From Squalus acanthias (lineage: Eukaryota), in the NCBI GenBank assembly GCA_030390025.1, contig CM059432.1:80478001-80542000 (forward strand): DNA of 64,000 bases, in the 5' to 3' direction. The position numbers and the translations under genes are program-made. Position 1 is the first letter of the stretch, and every line of letters starts with the position of its first letter. This document shows, piece after piece, positions 35,431-47,215 of this stretch. The notes beneath the pieces were generated by a model. That model was not told the DNA's origin. It did no database searches and was given only the letters and a program-made list of their open reading frames with translations.

Positions 35431-38010
35431 TTAAAAATGTGCTGGAGCCGATAACGTGGTACTGCCACAGAACTTCTGGGACCGCTTCTCCTTATGCTCT
35501 GGCTGCACCTTTTTTATTATTCATTCACGGGATGTGGGTGTCGCTGGCAAGGCCAGCTTTTATTGCCTATCTTTAAATGCCCTTGAGAAGGTGGTGGTGA
35601 GCTGCTTTCTTGAACCGCTGCAGTCCATGTGGTGAAGGTACTCCCACAGTGCTGTTAGGGAGGGAGTTCCAGGATTTTGTCCCAGCGTCGATGAAGAATA
35701 GCGATATACTTCCAAGTCAGGATGGTGTGTGGCTTGGAGGGGAACTTGGAGGTGATGGTGTTCCCATGTGTCTGCTGCCCTTGTGCTTCTAGGTGGAAGA
35801 GGTCGCGGGTTTAGGAGGTGCTGCCGAAGAAGCCTTGGCGAGTTGCTGCAGTGCATCTTGTAGATGGTACACACTGCAGCCACGGTTCGCCGGTGGTGGA
35901 GGAAGTAAATATTTAAGGTTGTGGATGGGATGCCAATTAAGCGGGCTGCTTTGTCCTGGATGGTGTTGAGCTTCTTGAGTGTTGTTGGAGCTGCACTCAC
36001 CGAGGCAAGTGGAGAGTATTCCATCACACTCCTTACTTGTGCCTTGTAGATGGTGGAAAGGCTTTGGGGAGTCAGGAGGCGAGTCACTCGCCACAGAATA
36101 CCCAGCCTCTGACCTGCTCTTGTAGCCACAGTATTTATGTGGATGGTCCAGTTAAGCTTCTGGTCAATGGTGGCTCCCAGGATGTTGATGGTTGGGGATT
36201 CGGTGATGGTAATGCCCTCGAATGTCAGGGGGAGGTAGTTAGACTCTCTCTTGTTGGAGATAGTCATTGCATGGCACTTGTGTGGCGCAAATGTTAGTTG
36301 CCACTTATCAGCCCAAGCCTGAATGTCGTCCAGGTCTTGCTGCATGCGGGCACGGACTGTTTCATTATCTGAGGAGTTGCAAATGGAAATGAACACTGTG
36401 CAATCATCTTTGAACATCCCCACTTCTGATCTTATGATGGAGGGAAGGTCATTGATGAAGCAGCTGAAGATGGTTGGGCCTAGGACACAGCCCTGAGGAA
36501 CTCCTGCAGCGATGTCCTGGGGCTGAGATGATTGGTCTCCAACAACCACAACCATCTTCCTTTGTACTAGGTATGACTCCAGCCAGTGGAGAGTTTCCCT
36601 CCTGATTCCCATTGACTTCAATTTTACCAGGGCTCCTTGATGCCACACTCAGTCAAATGCTGCCTTGATGTCAAGGGCAGTCACTCTCACCTGATCTCTG
36701 GAATTCAGCTCTTTTGTCCATGTTTGGACCAGGCTGTAATGAGGTCTGGAGCCGAGTGGTCTTGGCGGAACCCAAACTGAGCATCAGTGAGCAGGTTATT
36801 GGTGAGCAAGTGTCGTTTGATAGCACTGTCAATGACTTTGTTGATGATTAAGAGTAGGCTGATGTGGCGGTAATTGGCTGGTTTGGATTTGTCCTGCTTT
36901 TTGTGGACAGGACACACCTGGGTAATTTTTCACTTTGTCGGGTAGCTGCCAGTGTTGTAGCTGTACTGGAACAGCTTGGCCAGCGACGCGGCTAGTTACG
37001 GAGCACAGGTCTTCAGCAGCTAGGATGTTGTCAGGGCCCATAGCCTCTGATGTATCCTGTGCGCTCAGCTGTTTCTTGATACCACGTGGAGTGAATCGAA
37101 TTGGCTGAAGACTGGCTTCTGTGAAGGCGGGGACCTCGGGATCAGCCGAGATGGATGATCCACTTCTGGCTGAAGATGGTTGCAAACGCTTTAGCCTTGT
37201 CTGTTGCACTCACGTGCTGGGCTCCGCCATCATTGAGGAAGGGGCTGTTCATGGAACCTCCTCCTCCCGTTAGTTGTTTAATGGTCCACCACCATTCACG
37301 ACTGGATGTGGCAGGACTGCAGAGCTTTGATCTGATCCGTTGATTGTGGGATCGCTTAGCCCTGTGTATAGCATGCTGCTTCCGCTGTTTAGCATGCATG
37401 TAGTCCTGTGTTGTAGCTTTACCAGGTTGGCATCTCATTTTTAGGTACGCCTGGTGCTGCTCCTGGCATGCTCTTCTACACTCCTCATTGAACCAGGGTT
37501 GGTCCCCTGGCTTGATGGTAATAGTAGAGTGAGCAATATGCTGGTCCATGAGGTTACAGATTGTGGTGGCATACAATTCTGCTGCTGCTGATGGCCCTCA
37601 GCGCCTCATGGATGCCCAGTTTTGAGCTGCCAGATCTGTTCTGAATCTACCCATTTAGCACGATGGTAGTGCCACACAACACGATGGAGGGTATCCTCAG
37701 TGTGAAGACTTCATCTCCAAAAGGACTGTGGTCACTCCTAATAAAACTGTCATGGACAGATGCATCTGCAACAGGTAGATTGGTGAGGACGACGTCAAGT
37801 AAGTTTTTCCCTCGTGTTGGTTCTCTCACCACCTGTCACAGGCCTAGTCTAGCAGCTATTTCCTTCAGGACTCGGTCAGCAGTGGTACTATATTGAAGTC
37901 CCGCATCCAGAGTACATTCTGTGCCTTTGCTGCCCTCAGTGCTTCTTCGAAGTAGTGTTCAACATGGAATACCGATTCATCAGCTGAGGTTTCTTTGTCC
38001 CTGATGCCTC

Positions 38011-38760
38011 GGGGAGAATTTTAAACCAAAAAACGTATGTGTTGGGGTTGGGTGGGAAGTTAAAGTGTGAGAAATCTGAATCTCGACCCCAATCCGTCTC
38101 CAAGTACCCACTTCCAGTTTTAGCAGAGGTGGGATGGGGTGGTGCCCATTTAGCATGGTGGAAGGCGAGGACTGTTGGATCCAGGAGACAAGTGCCTTTA
38201 CACTTACCTTCTAGATCCATCATCCCTGCCTAACCCACCCCCGCGCGATCGGAGACCCCCCCACGAGGCCTCCGATTGCCTACCCGGCATACCCCTCCCC
38301 CCCTCTCCCGATGCTTCTCCGGCCCTCCAATGTTCTCTGCCTCCCCCCTGCACTGATGCTTCTCCGGCTCCCGGATGTTCTCTGCCTCCCCACCCGATAG
38401 TCCTCCGGCCCCCCGATCAGCCCCCGTCCCCCCATGCTCGGGTCCGGCCCCCCAATTAGACTTCCCCCCCCGCCCCCCCGATCATCCTCCGGCCTCCCGA
38501 TCATCCTCTGGCCCTCCCCTCCCCCTACTGATCAGCTCCCGGCCTCCACTCGATCCTCTCTGCAGACTTTCCATCTGGCTGGCTGCGGGTGGGAAACAGA
38601 GATTTCAAATGCAAATCAGGCCCTGCCATTAAATTTGTTTAATAAGTCCAGTAACATAACCCGTTCTCCCGGGTTTCCCGACCGTATCCGAGCACCCTTT
38701 TCCCCCCCCCCACCCCCTCCCCCCCGCTCCCAATCTGCCAAAGGATTAAAATTCCGGCCC
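38011..38760. mobile_element. Harbinger-type MITE inside the LINE endonuclease region
   Basis: ggggagaattttaa ... ttaaaattccggccc, with internal cggcctcccgatc repeats. Confidence 0.7.
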
Positions 38761-39102
38761 ATGCGACTTCATGGGGTCCGGAGTCAATGTTGAGGACACC
38801 CAGGGCCACTCCTTCCCGACTGTATACCACTGTGCCACCACCCTTGGTGGGTCTGTCCTGCCAGTGGGACAGGACATACCCAGAGATGGTGATGGAGGAG
38901 TTTGGGACATTGGCTGAAAGGTATGATTCTGTGAGTATGACTATGTCAGGCTGTTGCTTGACTAGTCTGTGGGACAGCTCTCCCAATTTTGGCACAAGTC
39001 CCCAGATGTTAGTTAGGAGGACTTTGCAGGGTTGTCTCAGTTGGGTGTGCCTTTTCGGGTCCGAATCCGATGCTGGGTGGTCCGTCCGGTTTTATTCTTA
39101 TT

Positions 39103-39803
39103 TGCCATGAATTTGCGGTCGGAGGCATATCCGACCTGAAAAAAAATCCAAAAGTAACTCGTGTCTCCGGCGCTTCGGAGTCTTCGGGTCCTGGGCCTCC
39201 AGGCGTACGCCTGCGTAAAGGCCCACGGATCCCAGGGATTGAGGCGGTTCGGAAGCGTCCCTGGGATCAGGTGGGCCAGGCCAACCAATTAGAAAGCGGG
39301 ATTCCTCAAAAGCTTATGGGGATTCCAGAACTTTTGAGAAATCCCCAAATAAAACACAATTCTAATAAAAATAAATATTCCCATGTTCAAAATTAATTAA
39401 AGGTCCCTTTGATTAAGCATTTGAAATAAAAATGTAATTTTTTGGAAATAATAAAAACATTTTATTCCGGCCCAAAATTTACACAAGCTAATTTTAAATG
39501 TTTTTGTATGTTTTAATCATTTTAAAAATTTTAATTTAACATTTATTTTAACCCTTACGCTGGTAAAAGCAGGCCTTACCAGGCATAAGGGTTTCGTGGG
39601 CATTCGCTGGGCAAATAGCCCAACTCTGCACCAGCGAAAGTGTTTTTGGGGCGCATGCGGACGATCTGACGAGGAGAAACTTGATAGATCGCAAGTTCCG
39701 GGTTTTCACGCGTGCACAGTATATGCGGAAACCAGGAACTTGCGTAGCCATTCTGAGGACTTACGACGGCGTATGCTGTCATCGGCCCCGCAAAATTCAG
39801 GCC
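39103..39803. mobile_element. Family-A-related Harbinger MITE inside the LINE 5' region
   Basis: Ends (t)gccatgaatttgcgg ... ccgcaaaattcaggcc. Shares ctggtaaaagcaggcctta and gcaagttccggg blocks with family A. Confidence 0.7.
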
Positions 39804-42617
39804 ATAATACTTTGTCGTAGTAGTTTGCTACAACTGAGTGTCTTGTTAGGCCATTTCAGAGGGCAGTTAAGAGTCACCAACATTGCTGTGGGTCTGGAGT
39901 CACATATAGGCCAGACCGGGTAAGGACGGCAGATTTCCTTCTCTAAAGGACATTCGTGAAGCAGATGGGTTTTTATGAATCATTAGTCCAGGCCTCTGGA
40001 TTGCTAGTCCAGTAACATAACCACTCTGCTACTGTTCCGGGTAACCTGCAAAAAATGTACTGATTATGCAAGTATTATTTTAGTTGCAGTCTCAATGCTT
40101 TGGACATGATGCACTGGAAACGTCACGGGGTGTGGTACACAATTTGGGGTGTTGTTCAAGTATGGGATCTCTCTTGAAGTGCCTGTCCTAAATCGATGCT
40201 TCACTTCTGGAGCTCTGCTCAGGCACTCCAGTTGCATTATGGGGAGGCCCTTAGTTTAAAGCTTGCTGCACAGACTACTGGTTTCCCTGTATTAGGGTGC
40301 ACTGAGAAGATCAGCAAGAAGCATTCCTCTGGGCTCAGTGTCCAATAATACAGATGCATGCCATTGGATCATTGGCCCCAGTGAATCATCAGCAGAAGCC
40401 CCAGAATGAAAATGCAACACTTTTGTCAAGTGAGAAGAATTAGATGATTCACATCCACAGTCCAAAATTAAAGCTGGGTGAGCTCCTGGAGCCTCATAAT
40501 TTATTTCAACATTTGCATTTGCTTCCTCCAACTTGACCCAAACCAGATATCGTTTATTCAAGTGTTTGTTGTTTGGTGTTGTTGATAGCAATCTTGTTTA
40601 GGTAACATAGAATGGTGATTCGACATTTTCATAGGTGCAACATTTAAAATAAAATGATATCCTAAGTGAATAAAAATAAATCCGCAACATTAAACTTTTT
40701 TTTGTTTTTGTTGTAAGCTGTAGTCAACAATCACTATCTCAGGACTTGCCCATTTTGGGCAGTTGCTTCCTCAAAAGGAGAGTAGCCTGTTCGCATCTAC
40801 CTCCTACCGCCAGTTCAAGAACATTAGTGGCAGAACCATGAAAATATTTTTCCGCCTTCTCCCTTTTAGGCAGGGATTGGTGCATTGACATGAGGTGGAG
40901 GGGGGCGCGGGGGGAGTGGGGAATTAACTAGGGACAAAATATCAATGTGAATTTAAAATAAATGGTTCTCTTTAGTCAGTCTGCAATACAAATGCTAATA
41001 CTTCCATCTCGAGAAGGGTTACGGTAGTTCATGGGAACCTCAAGTAAAACACTGGTGTGTATTTTCCCCAGACGGCTATTTCTCTGAGCTTTCTACACCA
41101 AGTAAACTTCTTATATGGCTGCATAGTTTTTCCGAGACTCTCTAAATACATACACCAGGTATACTCTGTGAGAATATTTGTGACTGTTTTATTGTAGCAT
41201 GTGCTGTGCACTATCTGAGGTCAAAGTGGCAGGTAATAAGTAAGAAGGGTAGAAAAACAGGGATGTCGAGTAAGAGAAAGAATGATATGCTAACCATCAG
41301 AAGAAATGAAAAATAGCAAGCAGAAAGTGAATAGAGAGGAGGAAGCAGGAAGGAATATAAAGATCAAGATAAAAAGACAGGAAATGATAAAAAAGAAAGA
41401 ATAAAAGTAGAGAATAAAAGTGAGCTAAAACTGAAATATAAATGCTACAGTATAAACGTGGATGAAAATTTCCTCTATATTTAAGAAAATTATTGAAACC
41501 ATTTCCTTATTTCTTGGTGTGCATACACAGGGCAATATAAATTAAAAGTAAACAGTGAAATGATAGCAAAATATGCACTCACAGAATACATTGGTTCTTG
41601 AGGGAGGGCAGATCCAGTTCTTTAAAATGCTCAATGACATCGGTAGCATGGATGCAACCAGGTTATTTAACTTAATCTGTAATCTGAGACAGGCATACAA
41701 AATTAACAGACTTCTAGCACAAGTAGACAATTAAAAGATATTTCTTCTTGGACAGTAGATATGTAGGATACACTCTAACTGAAGATGGTTATTGCTTAAT
41801 CAATAAACCCCTTTAACAGAGAGCAGGACAAATACTTATGAAAGGGATTGAAGCTTACTGATAAGTAGAACATGTAGGCTGGATTTCCCTCCACCTGCAA
41901 CCCCAACCCCACTGTGATCCCAAACCTTTTTCCGGGGCCTGGGCTCATTATATATGCAGGGAAGGATCCTTGCCACCAAGAGGTAGTCTGCTTCTGCTGA
42001 GTCCCACTACAGCACCATAAAAGGAGGGGATCAGCGTAAAGGGGGCAGAAGAACCCTGACGATCTTATGGTTGATTTTTTTTTTATGCCTTGGAACTGGA
42101 TTATCTGCCCTTGTCCCGGGGACCACCACCCTAGTTATGGCAGTCCTTGGGCTGGAAGGATCAGTGGTGGAAGGCATGCTTCCTACCCTGCCATCACTTA
42201 CATGCAGGGGGCAGTAAAGGGGCGGCCAGTGGCCTTCCCTGTTGGGGTGAGATGAGGAAAAATTAGGTCAGGGTGACGGTTTGGCGGTAGGCCACCCTGC
42301 GTGATTTTCTGCCTATTTGGGGTAGCATAGCAGAGGAAAATGCAGACTTTTATCTGGCCAAATTCAACAAAGCTTTATTGTCCTCAACTATCACAGTGTA
42401 ACTTTGCACATTATATATAGTTGTCAAAGATATTTAAAGTGTGCAATAGCAACTCCCAATTAACCATAGTTCCAGAGAACTCGTACTTAAGGAAATCCTG
42501 ACAGGATAAAATGCAGCATGAGGCAGAATGCTGAGTGACTATTTGGGAGTGATATTATTTTAATAGGAGCAAAAGATTTAAGTCCTGTTTCTGTTTCTTG
42601 TTGCTTTGACACTTTAG

Positions 42618-42718
42618 TGAGTTTGTTGCCTGGTTGATGGAAATGAAAGAGATCAGTAAACCTGAAGAAGGAGTTCACTTGGGCCAGGCGCTGCTAGAGA
42701 ATGGAATTATCCATCATG
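42618..42718 (+). CDS. PREX2: PREX2 internal exon (DEP1), 101 bp
   Basis: ctttAG ... GTgagt. Encodes (S)[33 protein letters not shown]. Confidence 0.95.
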
Positions 42719-43464
42719 GTGAGTGACTGTGGGGTTAATATGTGTGCTGGCTGGGTGTATTGAGGGAGATGCAATATTTGAAATAAATAAGGTGAAATAT
42801 ACTATGTGAAGTTCCACTGTTGACTTTAGAAAGGTTTCATTCTATAATCACAGTTGGTCTGAAGGAATTAGTTCAACAACTGGAGTAATGAGAATGAATA
42901 AACTAATTTTCATATTCCCACCTTTAGGGGTTAATTTAGTTACAATAAAGTGCTGGTCTAGGTCTACCATAGAATTGGCAATTTGGAAATCAATTGTCTC
43001 CATGCAAATTTCTTTTTTATCTATCATGGTAATGTTATCTTCCTGCTTTGGAAAGTGTAGATGTTTCTCCTTTCTGTAGGGGTTGGATTTTCCTTTGACT
43101 TACCACCTGTTTTGGAATGGTTTTGGGCCGCTAAACTGAGCAAAATGGGATGGTAATGAATACTACCTGAAGTCCAATACTAAACAACTACAGCTGAATT
43201 GTCCACTAAAAAATGCACCAATCCCTGCAACCCACTCATAAGACATTTTGTTGCAAGTAAATGGTATCAACTGGGTGCGGTCAACTCTCCACCCCATTTC
43301 CCCCAACTTCTGCTCCAAATTATTACCGCCATGATATACGTGGTGGTATGAACTCAGGAATGGTATCCCTGAGGCGCATACAGCATTGAGCAGGCTATAT
43401 TGATTGCTACAGCTGAAGGTTGGTTCTACTTTGCCTGCATTATTAATTTTAGTTGTTTGTTGCT

Positions 43465-43780
43465 CTGCCATTCAATAAGATCATGGCTGATCATCGACCT
43501 CAACTCCGCTTTCCCGCACGATTCCCAAATCCCTTGATTCCCCTAGAGTCTAAAACTCTATCTCTCTCAGCCTTGAATATACTCAACGGCTCAGCATCCA
43601 CAGCCCTTTGGGGTAGAGAATTCCAAAGATTCACAACCCTGCGAGAGAAGAAATTCCTCCTCATCTCAGTCCTAAATGGCCGACCCCTTATCCTGAGACT
43701 ATGCCCCCGAGTTCTAGACACTCCAGCCAGGGGAAACAACCTCTCAGCATCTACCCTGTCAATCCCCGTCAGAATCTTAT
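43465..43780 (-). mobile_element. CR1 3' end fragment
   Basis: FPLAGVSRTRGHSLRIRGRPFRTEMRRNFFSRRVVNLWNSLP and gatcagccatgatc 3' UTR. Confidence 0.85.
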
Positions 43781-43929
43781 GGGGGAAAAATTCAGTTGGT
43801 TTGCACCTCCCGTTAGCGCCTTAAGAGGGCGCTAATGGGGCGCAAAGCAACTAGCGCCCGGGCGCGGCGATGTTTGCGCCACTCAGGAAATTAACTAGAC
43901 ATTTTGTGGCGGCGCTAAACACTACCGCT
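43781..43929 (+). mobile_element. Truncated family C Harbinger MITE (left end only)
   Basis: gggggaaaaattcagttgg...cgttagcgccttaagagggcgctaatggggcgc matches 1669-1817. Confidence 0.85.
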
Positions 43930-45121
43930 AGCAGTCCTGTTCCACATCCTCTCTTTCTTGTGCACCCTTCTCATGCCGTGGGGAGGAAGGTCTTCCCACC
44001 TCCCCTCTTTATCATCATCGCCTTCAGCTTGCAGAAGCAGCAAGCCTTTCTTCATCACAATGTTATATAGTACACAGCTAAGCTACAGTGATTCTGGAAT
44101 CCCTGCCTGTACTGTATTGCAGGGCTTCACCAGATTTATTCAGGCACCTAAAATCAGATTCCTAAAGCCTACAGGGTGCCTGGATTTTTTTCAAGAAGAT
44201 AATTCAAATGCAATTTTAGTCCGGTGGTTTTGAGGTGGTGGGCGTTACCACCTCATTTTACTCTGCCAGAAAACAGGTGGGAATTCAATGGAAAATCAGC
44301 CCTTGATCTGATGATGCTCTCGAATGTCGCATTCTCATTATTCTTCATTGGTAATGGCCTCCCCATTTATGTACTCAACTTGCCTGTGACATTTGCAACA
44401 TAAGCTTCTGTAAATTTTCAATCGTAAATATTACAGAGCAGAGTCTGAGGATCATGCAGAATCACACCGATTTTTTGGAAATAATGAAATAGTACTTGTG
44501 TATATCTGTAGTTTAAATATACTGTATCAGAGATGCTTTGCTTCAAGACAATTTAGGATGTACAAGCACTCTCTCGTGGCGCACACTAAGTTTGTTAGTG
44601 CCATTAGACTGCAGGTGTACTTTTTAAATGTATTTTCCTCCATTGTGTGGTTTTCTTGACTTTACAATAGCAGCTCTGCACAGCAATTAAAGGCTGAATG
44701 AAATGATGGGTAGAGTAAATTTAACAACCATCACAGCACACAGAAGAGCACTGTAGATTAACATTTATCAGGGTTAAGATGTTAACTGAGTTCATTTAAA
44801 TCTGTGAACTGTCCTGCAGTGATCAAATCCTACCTTCACTTTGTCTAAATGTAAATAGCATTTACAAGTTATTAATATGGAATTGATTAGTAAAAAGCTT
44901 CATATGTATTTTAGAAATTGTAATGGTAGAAAAGTTATACCAGATTATGCATACTTAATATCACAAAATGACATTCATACTGAATTAATTTACTACTGCT
45001 AAACTGTTTACAGTTGCTAAAAAATGTTTAATAATGTTTCAACTGTGCATTGCTTTGAAATAACAATGATCTTAGTATCTTTGTGGCTGCTCATTTTTGA
45101 CTAATACACTTTGGTATTCAG

Positions 45122-45225
45122 TAACAGACAAACACCAGTTTAAACCTGATCATATGCTGTACAGATTTCGATACGACGATGGGACATACCATCCAAGAAG
45201 TGAAATTCAAGATGTTATCTCCAAG
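45122..45225 (+). CDS. PREX2: PREX2 internal exon (DEP1 end), 104 bp
   Basis: ttcAG ... GTactg. Encodes (V)[34 protein letters not shown]. Confidence 0.95.
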
Positions 45226-45361
45226 GTACTGATCTCATAAGGAACCTACTGACACTGCATATTTCTATTTTATACAATTCAAAGGCAAAAGGAATAAAAG
45301 ATAATATAGAATTGATGTATGCTGTTTAGCTTTCTTGAAGGTGAACATTATTTTGGGGAAA

Positions 45362-45690
45362 TAACAACAGAAAACGCTGGAAAAACTCAGCAGGCCAGGC
45401 AGCATCCGTGGAGAGAGAAACAGAGTTAACGTTTCAGGTCGAAGACCTTTTGTCAGAACTGGAATAAAGCAGGAAATGAAATAGATTTAAAGCAAGTATA
45501 AAGCTGGGAAAAGGGGGAGGGGATGAAAGAACAAAGGGGAAGGTCAGTGGTGGGATAGAAAGCAGGAGAGATTAAGAGACATTGAGAGACATTAAGAGAT
45601 AATCAAGGCAAGAGGAGGTGTTAATGTGACAGGTTGAGGCTAGATGAAGTGTGAGATGCGCTGGCAGAATGAAGGACAGCTGCCAGCTTC
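45362..45690 (-). mobile_element. Penelope pseudo-LTR fragment with hammerhead-like motif at 45424-45460
   Basis: Reverse complement of about 23130-23460. Motif agtt-CTGACAA-a-aggtc ttc gacct-GAAA-cgtt-aact. Confidence 0.8.
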
Positions 45691-46982
45691 TGGGAGGGAA
45701 AAATTATTTCACTATAGATTGCTTCACTCATATTGTACAATACTTCATATAATGAGAAGACATTGCTCACATTTTCTTTAATTTGCTGGATGCCCATTAG
45801 TATCACAGCCTATTATTACCACACGGACTGCAGCGGTTCAAGAAGGTGGCTCACCACCACCTTCTCAAGGGCAATTAGGGATGGCCAATAAATGCTGGCT
45901 TTGCCAGCGACGCCCACATCCCATAAAAACGAATTTTAAAAAAAATGTGTTTCACTGACAGAGTTACTGACCTATGTGGTAGATTCATCAGTGACTGGCT
46001 GAAATTTAAAGAGATAGATTGGCAGCCTTCCCGATCCTGGATACTGATCCTAGAACTTCAAAGAAATTTAAAACATTTCAGTACCAGCTGGGACTTGATA
46101 GTTTGACCCACAGTGAATGTGTAGTCAGTTGAAAGAGAATGGTAAAGAGAGGAGACTGGGTGCCACAGTGGGTTCACACATGCACTTTCATTTCTGAGAC
46201 TTGTATTTTAATGTGGCGCAGGCTGATGGGATTAAAGTCTGCTCTATCTGCTGGTCGTAATGGCTCTTTCTATATTAAGTAATTTGGGAAGTTTTAACCT
46301 AGTTTCTTGGTGGATATGGGACCACAGTACTAAGCAACCCATAATTTGAAAATAAACTGGAAATTGGCAGTAATGAAATAGTTGTAATAAAATAGAAAGA
46401 ATTCAAAATTAATAGTGGGTACTCTTCTGAAAGTGGAGTTAAGACATATATTGTTGGAGCAGAACAGATGGAGCTCATTCTACACGCATCCTGTGCTATA
46501 TATGACCGAGGAGTGCTTGATACTGATACTGGGTGTCCATTGTGGAAAAATATTCCATTCCCCAGCATTGACATTTTCACATTGCTGGGAGAAAGACGCA
46601 ACAAAAAACATTTTACAAAATGTAGAGAATAGGATTTTCTGTTACATTTTTGTTAGGTTCAAAACTGCCTATTCCATTTATGTAAATGCACCTCTTAATA
46701 GTTATTAGAAAACTTTAAAAAAGTTGCTGGTAAGTTTGTTGATTTTAGATAATATTCCTTTTGAAATGCGCATTACCTGTTGGAAAATGCTGCAGTTTAT
46801 TCCAACTCAAACCTGTTGTATGGTTTAATATTAGCCTTAGATCTTTTTAAGAATAAAGTTAGTGCTGAAGTAATTACCTTCAGTATCTGCCAGCAGTAAC
46901 ATCCAATTTTTAAGTAACTTTATTAGAAATATATGTTGCTCTGTTGCTGTGCTAAATGCATGAATAGCTTAGCTGTTTGGAG

Positions 46983-47215
46983 TAAAAACAGAAAATGCTG
47001 GGAATACTCAGCAGGTCAGTCAGCATCTGTGGAGAGAGAAACAGAGTTAACGTTTCAGGTTGATGCCCTCAGGTCAGGCAGGTTGACCTGAAACGTTAAC
47101 TCTGTTTCTCTTTCCACAGATGCTTCCAAGTAGTAATTTCCACAGATGCTGAGTATTTCCAACATTTTCTGTTTTTATTTCAGATTTCCAGCATCCGTAG
47201 TATTTTGTTTTTGTA
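46983..47215. mobile_element. Fold-back Penelope-derived short element with 14-bp TSD
   Basis: Inverted copies of the Penelope 3' end. Direct repeat ttagctgtttggag at 46969-46982 and 47216-47229. Confidence 0.8.

Larger units (their letters stand above)
35510..40038 (-). mobile_element. CR1/L2-group LINE (EN+RT, degenerate) preceded by a tRNA-derived head; interrupted by two MITEs
   Basis: EN: KVLLTNIWGLVPKL...LTES...GGG. RT: YRHISLL, QFGFRQ, GVPQGCVLGP, FKDD. 3' tail caccaccttctcaagggc...aataaa. SINE-like head at 39810-40038. Confidence 0.88.

Noticed and set aside
46150..46270. Possible ancient tRNA-derived SINE
   Set aside because: Too degenerate to support without an HMM search.
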